This document shows positions 54,067 through 63,356 of a stretch of DNA of 64,000 nt, piece after piece (within the stretch, counting starts at the first letter, position 1; each line of letters begins with the position of its first letter). Origin of the DNA: a virus; the IMG/VR virus record IMGVR_UViG_3300047170_000049, positions 1 through 64,000 of that record; one strand, written 5' to 3'. The notes under the pieces were generated by a model. That model ran no database searches. It worked only from the letters and a program-made list of their open reading frames with translations, and was not told the DNA's origin. Position numbers and translations under genes: made by a program.

Positions 54067-55602
54067 TTATTTCTTACGTTCGATAATATCGAGCATATCT
54101 TTGATAGTGTCTTTGGGTTTAGGCTGTTCTTCTTTGGGTACCTCTTCCGACTTAGGAAGGTTAGGCTTTGGCATATTTTTAAGTTCAGCTAAAACTCTCT
54201 TAGCTTCTGGCTTTGCTTGTTCTTCAGGTAGTTTGCCCATTTTTGAAGTACCGCGACGTTTAGGTGTTTCACCCCTTGGGGCATGGACACCTTTTTCATC
54301 AGCCTTTTGCATATTCTCAGAATTCATTCGATTTTCTTTGGGTTCATCTTGAGTGGGGCCACCAGCGGCAGAATCGTGCGCTGGCATAAGTGGCTTACCC
54401 ATTTCACTCATTTGCATATCGCACTTATCGAGGCAACGTTTTAGAGCCTTGAGGTTATGCTGTATGGCGTTCTTTTGGAAAATCTTATGGCCTTCTTTTT
54501 GTTCAGCGGGTTTGTTGGCAATCATATGGTCTTCAACCAAGTGCTCAACATTTTCGCCTAATTTAGCATCTTGTTTTTCATCAGGATTAGCTTCACTCAT
54601 AAGAACCTGTGGTTTATTCAAACCGTCTTCTAATGACTCAGCTTTACCAAAGTGGAAAGCATCACGCATGGATTGCTGTGCAGCTTGAGCGCCTGATGGA
54701 GGTGGAGGTGGTGGTTGATTAGAACCGTCTTTTTGTAACTCCGACTTAGGAAGATTAGGTTTAGGCATTTGCTTCAATTGATTGAGCTTTGATTTGTGTG
54801 AAGCGATTGAAGGTACGCCGCTAGCTTGTTGCGCAGCACCAGCATGGCTTTGGCCAGAATTTGGTTGAACAGGAGTGTGAACCCCTTGTTGCATATCGGC
54901 TGGATTACCTTTTAATAGTTTATGCAATCCCTTTAGATGACGGTCGATAGGTTGTGCCATAATGTCTGCCTTTTGTAAGGTTTCTTCAATTGCTTGCAAC
55001 TTTTCTAATACGCTAGCCACGGTTGGCTTATCTTCTGCTTTTTCAAATAATGTTCCAGGGAGTCTGGTTTGAGGGTCAACTTTTTTAACTGGTTTTGGTT
55101 GTGGTTTTGGTTGTTCGGGCATTTTCTGTCCTGCAGCGGCAGCGCCTGCTTGTGCAAAACCATCAATAATGGCTTTAACTGGTTTTTTAACCATATCACC
55201 TAAAGATTTGTGCATTCCCATACCCATTCCCATATTAACTGAAATGTGAGGTGCGGTATTAGCTGGTTTGGCAGGAGCGCCAGTGGAAGTTCCACCAACT
55301 ACTGCGCCTTCGGATTTAGGAAGGTTAGGCTTAGGCATATGAATTAATTGATGCAATTGTTTCAAATGACTTTGTTTAGCTGAGTGATTCATAACCCTGG
55401 AAGCTGCAGCAACATCTCGTTTGGCAGAAACGGGTGTAGTCATCTTGTCAGAAAGTTGTTGGAGCTTGTTAGAGCTTCTGACTTCCATGCCAGCGGTCGA
55501 TTGACCTTTTACATCTGGTCTAGCTGGGTGGACACCTGCCTTATCCAAATCGTAGGATGGTTGAAACTTGTCTTCTTTTTTGAGGTCTTTTTTGTCTGCC
55601 AT
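54067..55602 (-). CDS. low-complexity repeat protein, putative internal head protein (start 55602)
   Basis: Three MPKPNLPKSE units; many hydrophobic-x-K-[AS] sites. Confidence 0.7.
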   Translation of the reverse strand: MADKKDLKKEDKFQPSYDLDKAGVHPARPDVKGQSTAGMEVRSSNKLQQLSDKMTTPVSAKRDVAAASRVMNHSAKQSHLKQLHQLIHMPKPNLPKSEGAVVGGTSTGAPAKPANTAPHISVNMGMGMGMHKSLGDMVKKPVKAIIDGFAQAGAAAAGQKMPEQPKPQPKPVKKVDPQTRLPGTLFEKAEDKPTVASVLEKLQAIEETLQKADIMAQPIDRHLKGLHKLLKGNPADMQQGVHTPVQPNSGQSHAGAAQQASGVPSIASHKSKLNQLKQMPKPNLPKSELQKDGSNQPPPPPPSGAQAAQQSMRDAFHFGKAESLEDGLNKPQVLMSEANPDEKQDAKLGENVEHLVEDHMIANKPAEQKEGHKIFQKNAIQHNLKALKRCLDKCDMQMSEMGKPLMPAHDSAAGGPTQDEPKENRMNSENMQKADEKGVHAPRGETPKRRGTSKMGKLPEEQAKPEAKRVLAELKNMPKPNLPKSEEVPKEEQPKPKDTIKDMLDIIERKK

Positions 55603-55759
55603 ATAAACCTTATTTTTTATCTTTCGCTTCAATGACAACTGGAGAATTAACAAATTCAGGTTGTGTGGTCGTTAATGGAGCATTTTGAATCATAGGTTGA
55701 TTACCAATCCTAGGAGCAATGTCTTTGGCTTCCGATTTGGGTAAATTGGGTTTCGCCAT
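54145..55759 (-). repeat. four copies of M[PA]KPNLPKSE
   Basis: 54145-54174, 54739-54768, 55309-55338 and 55730-55759, with synonymous divergence. Confidence 0.9.
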
Positions 55760-56059
55760 ATTCTTAAGGTGATTTAACAAACCACGGTGAATACTTTTAG
55801 CTTTTGCAGCATGTCTCTCAGGGTCACTGACTCGACCGTAGCCGTGTGCAATAACACCTGGAACTTTTGCATCGGCTCTGCGAACTTCAATACCGACATC
55901 GCTTACGCCTGGAGTAACAGTCTTTTGATTCTCTAGGGCATCACGGCCTTCGCTATCAAATTGTTTAAATGCTCCGCGAATCATTCTCTTCTCGGAATCA
56001 CTTACGGTCTTTTTTAGCTCCGCTAGTTTCACTAGACGTTCCAGTATTGCTTTCATCAT
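55610..56059 (-). CDS. putative internal head protein carrying one KPNLPKSE unit
   Basis: GVSDVGIEVR...LKNMAKPNLPKSE; TAATG-coupled start at 56059. Confidence 0.7.
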   Translation of the reverse strand: MMKAILERLVKLAELKKTVSDSEKRMIRGAFKQFDSEGRDALENQKTVTPGVSDVGIEVRRADAKVPGVIAHGYGRVSDPERHAAKAKSIHRGLLNHLKNMAKPNLPKSEAKDIAPRIGNQPMIQNAPLTTTQPEFVNSPVVIEAKDKK

Positions 56060-56556
56060 TAGACTTTCCACTGACCAGATTTAAAATGATGAACAATATC
56101 GGGAATAGCATCCTTCTCAGAAGAATGAGCATTTGGCGACCTACCAATGACTGAACCATCGGACGATTGAACGTGTTGAACGCTCCATGGATTTTTGGGT
56201 GCAGTCATATCAAATTCCATGCGATAATGATTTTTTCCACCAGGCTGGCCAATATTGTATCTCAATATGTGACCATGCTTTTCTGGTTTAGAAGTTAGCA
56301 TTTTTAAGCCCATAGGTTGTTGACCTGCCATTTGTGGTTTTGGGTCTACAACTGCGAAAGGCTTGGGTTGATTTGGAATAACTGGTGCAGCGGGGCCTTT
56401 GGGTTGTAACATTCCATGAGGCTGTTGAGTCCAGTGTTCGTCACCAACGGCTTTTTCCATTAGCTCACTATTCTTAAGCGTCAACTGAATAGCGGCTTTT
56501 AAGTCCTTCAATTCAGAGAGTTTTTTGATGTGTTCAGCTAATGCTTTCTTATCCAT
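56059..56556 (-). CDS. hypothetical late protein
   Basis: N-terminal helix resembles that of the next gene; LMEKA site. Confidence 0.7.
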   Translation of the reverse strand: MDKKALAEHIKKLSELKDLKAAIQLTLKNSELMEKAVGDEHWTQQPHGMLQPKGPAAPVIPNQPKPFAVVDPKPQMAGQQPMGLKMLTSKPEKHGHILRYNIGQPGGKNHYRMEFDMTAPKNPWSVQHVQSSDGSVIGRSPNAHSSEKDAIPDIVHHFKSGQWKV

Positions 56557-56567
56557 ATCCAGTATTA

Positions 56568-56593
56568 ATTAAGATTTGTACCTAACATATTGA
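56568..56593 (-). promoter_or_regulatory. putative phage late promoter
   Basis: TCA-atatg-TTA-ggtac-AAATCTTAAT. Confidence 0.75.
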
Positions 56594-56595
56594 TT

Positions 56596-57615
56596 TTATT
56601 CATCATCTACGGGGTCAATAGGGTCCAAGGACCCACGCCAGCCTTGCATGTCAACTTCAGGCAATAAAGACGCTGGTGATTGCATACCATCAATGGTGAT
56701 GGTAGGTGCAATTCCTTGAATGCCTTTATCCGTGGTATCAGGCCAAGACATGCCAACTCTGCCACGAAGAGTGATTTGGCGATGCCACAATACGTTAGGG
56801 TCCTCAGGGGCACTGCGAGTTAAGCCATCATATGCAATGGTTCCAACTTCAAACCCACGAGCTTCAAAAAGAGTTTGCTTGTATTTTAAAAGAATGAACA
56901 TGAGGATTTGGAATAAGTACATTGTGTCAACCGCATCTGTGGTATGAACACCTAGGGTGTAGTTATTCCAGAAGTACAGGAACTTGCGAGTTTGAATAAA
57001 ATTATTCGTATTAGGTCGAATGGTACAACCATTCAGATTGGGTACTTTCCCTTGGGGAATTGTGATAATTAAGTTTTCTTCATCGAGAACAGTTTCAATG
57101 ACGTAAGCCACATCATTTACTTCATCGTAAACGAATTGACCTTCAAAAACATTAGTCAAGTCAACGTCGGGGCCGAAAGTAACTTGTCCAGTTTGAGGTA
57201 TTACTGCTAGAGGGGTTACTGGGCCTAATATTTTTTGAGGTTGTTGGTATGAGCCTAAAAACTCTTCTGGGGTAACATTGCGGGTCTCAAAACCATCGCC
57301 TAGGCCAGCTTTAGCTTGGTCTTCACTACCACCGTTTAATTCAATGGTAATGCAAGGGAATTTCACATGGTCATCAACACGATGAGCCATTACCACGAAG
57401 ATTTCTTTCTTCATGAATGCTAGAAACTTTTGAACTTCAGCTTTACCGTAGGACTTGTCGGTGTAGGGGTCAGTTAAGATTTGATTAGCAATATCATATA
57501 TATAGTTGGGATTGGCACGAATATCTGACAAGGCTGTTTTGATAGCCGTGAACAAGATTAAATCGTCCTGGAAAATCCCAGGAGTAGATGTGGGGGGATT
57601 AGTAAAATCAACCAT
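56596..57615 (-). CDS. neck / tail-terminator-like protein
   Basis: KFPCITIEL...ED, YTLGVHT, RQITL; upstream of the sheath gene. Confidence 0.6.
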   Translation of the reverse strand: MVDFTNPPTSTPGIFQDDLILFTAIKTALSDIRANPNYIYDIANQILTDPYTDKSYGKAEVQKFLAFMKKEIFVVMAHRVDDHVKFPCITIELNGGSEDQAKAGLGDGFETRNVTPEEFLGSYQQPQKILGPVTPLAVIPQTGQVTFGPDVDLTNVFEGQFVYDEVNDVAYVIETVLDEENLIITIPQGKVPNLNGCTIRPNTNNFIQTRKFLYFWNNYTLGVHTTDAVDTMYLFQILMFILLKYKQTLFEARGFEVGTIAYDGLTRSAPEDPNVLWHRQITLRGRVGMSWPDTTDKGIQGIAPTITIDGMQSPASLLPEVDMQGWRGSLDPIDPVDDE

Positions 57616-57623
57616 ACTTCTAT

Positions 57624-57649
57624 ATTAAGATTTTGGCCTAAGTTGCAGA
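57624..57649 (-). promoter_or_regulatory. putative phage late promoter
   Basis: TCT-gcaac-TTA-ggcca-AAATCTTAAT. Confidence 0.7.
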
Positions 57650-57654
57650 TATTG

Positions 57655-58422
57655 TTAGGTTTTTGACTGCATCTCTTGGATGAAAGCAGACCATAGAGCG
57701 TCTATCTTTGCTTCAGCTTCTTTAAAGGCACCAAGTGGCTTAGTTCCAGGGTGCCACCATTTACCAGTACCTTTTTGTTTTTCTGAAACAACACGGAAGG
57801 TAAAGATGTCGCGCATGACTTTAGTCTTGCCGTTTTTCATCTGCACTTCGCGTTGATAGATATTGACGCCTGCTAAGAGTGGAATCTTAGAACGTATGGA
57901 GTTGGCGAATTCCATATCGACGGTGGCAGCGGCGACTTTGCCTAATTTAGGCTTTCCGTCATCATCGAGTATGGTTTTATTTAGCTTAAGTTTTTTAAGT
58001 TCACTCTTAACGTGTTCAGCTAATTGCATTTCAGCACGAGACATATCTTGTGGTCGTTTATTGTGCTTGAAAGGAATGATTGCGTACCGCTTACCGTCTT
58101 TACCCACTTTAGACTTAGGGCCGTGAGTTAAGGCTTCAATCATGTCATGGGCAGGTTGACCGTCTTCAATCCAGTTGGCTTCAGGTTGAAGATAAACAAC
58201 CCAAACGCTATCATTTTCGCTACTAATTTTTAGAGCGTCCATGTAAGTGCTTAAAGATGAATGCAATGTGTGGGTGGCCTTGTCAGTGATAAACGCATGG
58301 GTTTCTAAAGCAATGCGTTTCAAACCCATCTTTGATTGCTCAATAAGGGATTCGGACATATTGTCGATAGTCTTGCCTAGAGCTTCTAGCTCCGCTTCTA
58401 TGCTTAAATCTTTTTTTGCCAT
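57655..58422 (-). CDS. neck / tail-completion protein
   Basis: ANWIEDG, YAIIPFKH, TFRVVS...WWHPG. Confidence 0.6.
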   Translation of the reverse strand: MAKKDLSIEAELEALGKTIDNMSESLIEQSKMGLKRIALETHAFITDKATHTLHSSLSTYMDALKISSENDSVWVVYLQPEANWIEDGQPAHDMIEALTHGPKSKVGKDGKRYAIIPFKHNKRPQDMSRAEMQLAEHVKSELKKLKLNKTILDDDGKPKLGKVAAATVDMEFANSIRSKIPLLAGVNIYQREVQMKNGKTKVMRDIFTFRVVSEKQKGTGKWWHPGTKPLGAFKEAEAKIDALWSAFIQEMQSKT

Positions 58423-61400
58423 TATTTTTTCTTCTTATTATCAGGATGGTTGGCAATTTGAAATTTTAAAGCCTGCAAGTCGTGATGGTCTTCTTCTCTG
58501 TTACCAGTATGAGACATTTTTTCTTCAAGTTCATCGTGGTCTTGCTGAAGTTCCTTAAGAGGTCTGATTTTTTCAGATTGTTGCAAGGGTTGACCTTGAG
58601 AACCTTCGTCGGGGTCATTCATGGTTGATAGAGATTGCCATGAACCATCAGGCTTTTTAATCTTTTCATTACCTGGACCATAAGTTCTCTCTGAACCTGG
58701 AGCGTAAACCTTCTTACCGTGAGTAATGGGTTTATCTTTTGGAGCGCTAATTTGTGGAGCTTGACCTTGCTGTTGCTGCGCTGGCGCTTGTTGTTCTTGG
58801 CCTGGTTGAGCATTGGGGTCTTGTTCTGGAGCTTGCAATTCATCGGGATTAATTTGCGCTTCTTTCATCGTAGTCATTAGAGACTGGATGATTTCTGAAA
58901 TTGCATTATACACATCAGGAGCTTGTGAACGTAGTTGTTCAATCAACATCTTGTTTTGGTCAAGATTTTGTAGCGTTTGCGCTAATTGAGCCTTAGTAGC
59001 ATCACTGATGGGTGATGGCGCAGGTTCGGCTTTACGAATAATATCTTTGTAAGTGGGCTTACCCTTAAACTCAGGATTATCTTGCGTGGGGAGTTCACCA
59101 TAATGGCCTTCTTGATATTTCATCGCCTTGGGAATCTTACCGTAACCTTCTTGCATATGTACTGGTAATGGAACTTCCAAATCAGGATGTTCGCCACCAT
59201 GTGATGCAGCATAGTCATTATGAAACTTAGTATAGGCTTCTTTTAATTGGTCCAAATGCCCAGGAGTAACTTCTTTGTTATTAGAAGGTACGATTTTGTT
59301 CTTTTGACCCCAACGTAGGATAGCTTTGCCGCCCTGTCCACCTTGACCTTCTTTTAACGCATCAATTTCTTCGATAACTCTATTAGGATGAACCTTAATT
59401 GATTGTTGTTGACCAGAAATTGGTGCCTTAGATTCAGGCTGCCAAATATGAATTGGAGTATCGCCTAAACCCTTGTTACGCATATGCTCTTTGAACGCTT
59501 CGTGAATAACTTCACTTGGATGACGCCCATTGAATGCAATTTCTTGAATTTTATTAAGATGGTCTTCTGGAAAATTATCTTTTGCACGTTCCATTGCATC
59601 GGCAGCTTGCTCAGGAGTGATTGCTCCAGTGCGAACGGCTTCCTTAGCTTGCTGTGCCGCTTTCTTAATAAGTGACTGACCTAAATCAGTTTGAACTTCA
59701 TCAACGTGGAAGCCTTCACCAGGATTACCAGTGAAACGCACCCAGCCTAATGTATTCTTTTTAACAGGGTGGCCAGAAGAGAATGTATGCTCTTGCAACT
59801 TACGGAATGTACCTAGAACACCAGCTTTTTGCATTTGTTGAAGTTGGTCTTCAGTGTAGTTCATTTGGAAAACATTTTGTTTCTTGTCGCTATGTCTTTG
59901 AGCGCCTTCCCAATCTGCAATTGAGGAATTGTAGGTGGTGGCAGGCATAGCATCAATGTGATTTTGAATGTCTTGTGAAGTAATCGTTCCTTTAGGACCG
60001 AAAAGCTTGTCAATTGCATTGGTGTTAACACCAGCGGCCTTGAAGTCTTGCTTCTTCATTTGTCCACCATTAGCAGCAACGTAATCTCTTAGTTGTCGTA
60101 ATGGGTGGGTTCCAAGCTTAACATTTACTTGGTTTTCATTCTTAGGGAAGCGATTAGCATAAACACTTTGAACGGCTTCACGAACATCTTCATTTGGATG
60201 ATTCGCTAAACTATCTACTTGTGGACGTGTAGCAGCATGATGACTAATAGCTTCAGCTTTTAATTTATCATTATCCCCACTTAAAGCATTTTGAATATCA
60301 TCTGGAGTAAGCTTAAATTTGTTATCAAAAATCTTCTTAGCAGTGTAACGGTCAGTATCGTTACTGTCTTTGGTAGCAGCTAAAGCCTTACGAGCATGTT
60401 CTTCATTTGCATTAGGATGGTCAAGTATAGTTTCAATATCTGAGTCATTGTCTTTAGCTATGGCTTGGTCCAACGCTCCATGAAGGTGTTCTGCATTGGC
60501 ATTAGGATTTTTAATAGCTAATTCTTTTAAAGTTTTACTGGCATTAGGATTAGCAATAACTTGAGAGATATGCTCTGGGCGCACATTATTATGGCGCATT
60601 ACATCTTCTTGAGCCTCTTCAGAATAATTGTCATTGTTGTTATCGGCCAAAACTTTGGAGATTAGTTCAGGAGGTAGGTTGGGGTGTTTGGCCGCTTCTT
60701 TACGAACCATACCAAGTGGATGCTTTAATCCTTGGTCTAATTGCTCAGGAGTTACATCGGTGGAGTTCTTACTCCATGGCTGCTTTATAGCCTTAACGAC
60801 ATGATTAGGTAGCCAATCTTCTTGTGAAGTGGCGTTCTCTAAATCATTTTCAAAAAGGTCATGAGTTCTTTGACTAACGTCATCGTTTATGGACTCATCG
60901 TAGTTTTCATACAACTGGTCAGGGGTTTGTTCATTATCAATCGCTTCTTGCCAAGCCTTGTCAGCTTCTGCATCGCGTTTGGCATATTCAGGATGGTCTT
61001 CAATACCAATACTATTGCTGTGATTTGCATAGTCAATAGTAGGAGGCTCTTGCTCTTCATTAGGGTCTAGATTTTGCTGACCATCTTTATATTCTGGGTT
61101 TGGACCATTCCAATCATATTTGTCAGCTAGATGTTCTTTCTTCCAGTCTTCTTTAGACTTATCGAAGTACGCATTAGAAAGTTCATCGTCATTGTAGTTG
61201 TCACTTATAAACGATTTCCAAGGATAGTTCTCGGCAGCATCTTCACGAGCTTCTTCGCTATAACGTTCCCACTTATCGTCTTCGTTCTCGTCACGAACAC
61301 GGTCTCTAAAGTCATCTAAAGCATACCCCTTACCATCATCATCGTTATCCCAATGTGATAGCATTTCAGTAGCGTGCTTGGGGTCAACTTCGGAGTTTTG

Positions 61401-62348
61401 AAAAAGATTATACTTGGAATCAAAATCACCATGATGTTTAATATGTTCAATAGCTTCAGGTGTTAGATGCCTACTTGCAGCTAATGATTGCATCATCTTT
61501 TTATCATAATGCTTACCATTAGTCCAATTATTCCATTTAGCAGCTTCCTCTGAATCCATATCACCAGGATTATAAATATCCTCTGGTGATTTTTCAGGTT
61601 GACCGCCAAGCATACCTAATTTGGCTTCAACATACGCCTTGCGACGTTCGGGTGGTAATTTATCTAACAAGCCGTTGAGGTCTGAGGAACTGAGACTGTG
61701 TGAGCGTGCTAAGAGTTTAGCCGCTGCATTTTCGTCAAGGTGCTGTGAGTTAGTAATAGACCCAGGTAATTTTTCCGATTCATAATTTTTTGATTGTAAA
61801 AGCTTATCGAAAAGATTCTTGGTCATTGCAGGATGATTGACCATTTGATTAGATATGGTGGCTTGTGGATTATCTAGAATTTGGTCTAAGTGTTGGCTGT
61901 TAAATAAAGGCTGCTTTGTTATATGGCTCAGGTCAACTTTGTTGTCAACATCTGCGCGTTTTGATTTTGCGCCATGCTCTTTAATAATTTTGCTGATTTT
62001 TTCTGGGGAAAGCTTCAAATATTCTATGGCGTTTTCTGCGTTACGCTTATCCCAATAATCATCGTCTTTATTTGTATTTTTAAGCTTCTCAGCTAGAGCG
62101 TCATAAATTTTATCATTATTTGCTGGAGTATCGTGTTGGTGACCCTTTAGCGCACTATAAAATTTAGTAATAGCAGATTCATGGTTATCTTCTGAAGAAT
62201 TAAAAGCGTTAGACAATAGGTCACGATATTCTTGAGGTGTGAAGTGCTCAGAATTAATGTATTTTTGTACTTGTGCTTCCTTTTCAGGATTACTGAGGTC
62301 AGCGCCAGTAAAAACACCATGTATTCTTTTTGTCTTAGCTTTTGGCAT
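58422..62348 (-). CDS. large multidomain protein: HEAT/LRV-like repeats, acidic region, polyvalent-protein-like domain
   Basis: Repeated HPN/NPNA helical units; GWVRF...HVDEVQTD; Q/P-rich C-terminus. Confidence 0.75.
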   Translation of the reverse strand: MPKAKTKRIHGVFTGADLSNPEKEAQVQKYINSEHFTPQEYRDLLSNAFNSSEDNHESAITKFYSALKGHQHDTPANNDKIYDALAEKLKNTNKDDDYWDKRNAENAIEYLKLSPEKISKIIKEHGAKSKRADVDNKVDLSHITKQPLFNSQHLDQILDNPQATISNQMVNHPAMTKNLFDKLLQSKNYESEKLPGSITNSQHLDENAAAKLLARSHSLSSSDLNGLLDKLPPERRKAYVEAKLGMLGGQPEKSPEDIYNPGDMDSEEAAKWNNWTNGKHYDKKMMQSLAASRHLTPEAIEHIKHHGDFDSKYNLFQNSEVDPKHATEMLSHWDNDDDGKGYALDDFRDRVRDENEDDKWERYSEEAREDAAENYPWKSFISDNYNDDELSNAYFDKSKEDWKKEHLADKYDWNGPNPEYKDGQQNLDPNEEQEPPTIDYANHSNSIGIEDHPEYAKRDAEADKAWQEAIDNEQTPDQLYENYDESINDDVSQRTHDLFENDLENATSQEDWLPNHVVKAIKQPWSKNSTDVTPEQLDQGLKHPLGMVRKEAAKHPNLPPELISKVLADNNNDNYSEEAQEDVMRHNNVRPEHISQVIANPNASKTLKELAIKNPNANAEHLHGALDQAIAKDNDSDIETILDHPNANEEHARKALAATKDSNDTDRYTAKKIFDNKFKLTPDDIQNALSGDNDKLKAEAISHHAATRPQVDSLANHPNEDVREAVQSVYANRFPKNENQVNVKLGTHPLRQLRDYVAANGGQMKKQDFKAAGVNTNAIDKLFGPKGTITSQDIQNHIDAMPATTYNSSIADWEGAQRHSDKKQNVFQMNYTEDQLQQMQKAGVLGTFRKLQEHTFSSGHPVKKNTLGWVRFTGNPGEGFHVDEVQTDLGQSLIKKAAQQAKEAVRTGAITPEQAADAMERAKDNFPEDHLNKIQEIAFNGRHPSEVIHEAFKEHMRNKGLGDTPIHIWQPESKAPISGQQQSIKVHPNRVIEEIDALKEGQGGQGGKAILRWGQKNKIVPSNNKEVTPGHLDQLKEAYTKFHNDYAASHGGEHPDLEVPLPVHMQEGYGKIPKAMKYQEGHYGELPTQDNPEFKGKPTYKDIIRKAEPAPSPISDATKAQLAQTLQNLDQNKMLIEQLRSQAPDVYNAISEIIQSLMTTMKEAQINPDELQAPEQDPNAQPGQEQQAPAQQQQGQAPQISAPKDKPITHGKKVYAPGSERTYGPGNEKIKKPDGSWQSLSTMNDPDEGSQGQPLQQSEKIRPLKELQQDHDELEEKMSHTGNREEDHHDLQALKFQIANHPDNKKKK

Positions 62349-62351
62349 ACA

Positions 62352-63356
62352 TTAGTCTTTCTTCAACAAGGTCATCAAAAGGTTATACTCAGGATTACTT
62401 TGGAGTAACTTCCTTTTAGCTTTGTGACGGGCCATGTGAGCTTTCATACCCTCATCGGCCTTATTCGCTTTTTCTTTAGCGTCATCTTCTGCACTAGACA
62501 TAAGTGCATTGTTTATGTCTTCACTATGGTCTGGGGTCTGGATAGTAGGCTGGACCTGTCCTTGCTTAATATCCGTAGCAATACCCACTAATGAAGATAC
62601 CACATTTACGACCGATTCGTAGATTTCTGGTGCTTCCGTTTTAACTTTATCTAACATTGGCTTATTTTGCTGCACACTTTGTAAAGTCTGCATTAACTGT
62701 TGTTTTAATTCAGGTGGCAAAGCATTCCCAGGTGAAGCGGGTTGACCAGAATCTGGTTGTTGTTGACCAGATTGTGGTTGTATTGACTGGGAAGGGTCTT
62801 GAGCCACGGCAGCGGGTGCTTGTGGCTGTGCAGGTTGTACGGACGCACCTGAAGGGTTTAATTGTGCAGGTTGAGGGTCGGTTGAATTAGTTTCGCGTAT
62901 TAGTTCTGGATTAGGTGTGCTTAGGTCTGAGGCTTCTAGACCTTGTTCAGGGTAAAGCTCATCAGTCTCATCTTCCATGGGCTCTTCATTTTCAAATTCC
63001 ATGTCAGGTTGATAAACTTTAATACCATGGGCATCGTTAGCTTCTAAGTTAGCTAATGCTTTTTCAGCATCTTCTAGTGAGTCGCCTACCCCAATTAAAA
63101 GGTCTTTATCTAATACAATTTTGAATTGTTTTTCAATGTCGTTAAGGGCATCAATATTGTCGATGTCTAATTGTACGACAGTATTGCCTTCGAGCATTGC
63201 TACAACTTCGCCTTGCTTCTGTGCAATGACAGAACGTATTAGGCGATGCAGCATTTCCTTGTGGCGCATAAGCCACTTAGCGTCGGTTATGTTACGAGCT
63301 TCTTCTAGGAAAGGTGCTGATATGATGGCGACAATTTTATTTTCTTCCATTGGCAC
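62352..63356 (-). CDS. protein with a degenerate mCpol/GGDEF-like domain and a helical domain shared with 58422..62348
   Basis: GEVVAMLEGN...LLIGVGDSLEDAEKALANLE...IKVY; QTLQSVQQNKPMLDKVKTEAPEIY. Confidence 0.6.
   Translation of the reverse strand: MPMEENKIVAIISAPFLEEARNITDAKWLMRHKEMLHRLIRSVIAQKQGEVVAMLEGNTVVQLDIDNIDALNDIEKQFKIVLDKDLLIGVGDSLEDAEKALANLEANDAHGIKVYQPDMEFENEEPMEDETDELYPEQGLEASDLSTPNPELIRETNSTDPQPAQLNPSGASVQPAQPQAPAAVAQDPSQSIQPQSGQQQPDSGQPASPGNALPPELKQQLMQTLQSVQQNKPMLDKVKTEAPEIYESVVNVVSSLVGIATDIKQGQVQPTIQTPDHSEDINNALMSSAEDDAKEKANKADEGMKAHMARHKAKRKLLQSNPEYNLLMTLLKKD

Noticed and set aside
4772-57615. Tailocin or extracellular contractile injection system instead of a phage
   Set aside because: The tail genes are interleaved with RNR, tmk, an exonuclease, a tRNA, neck and head-type genes and dense phage-style micro-ORFs.
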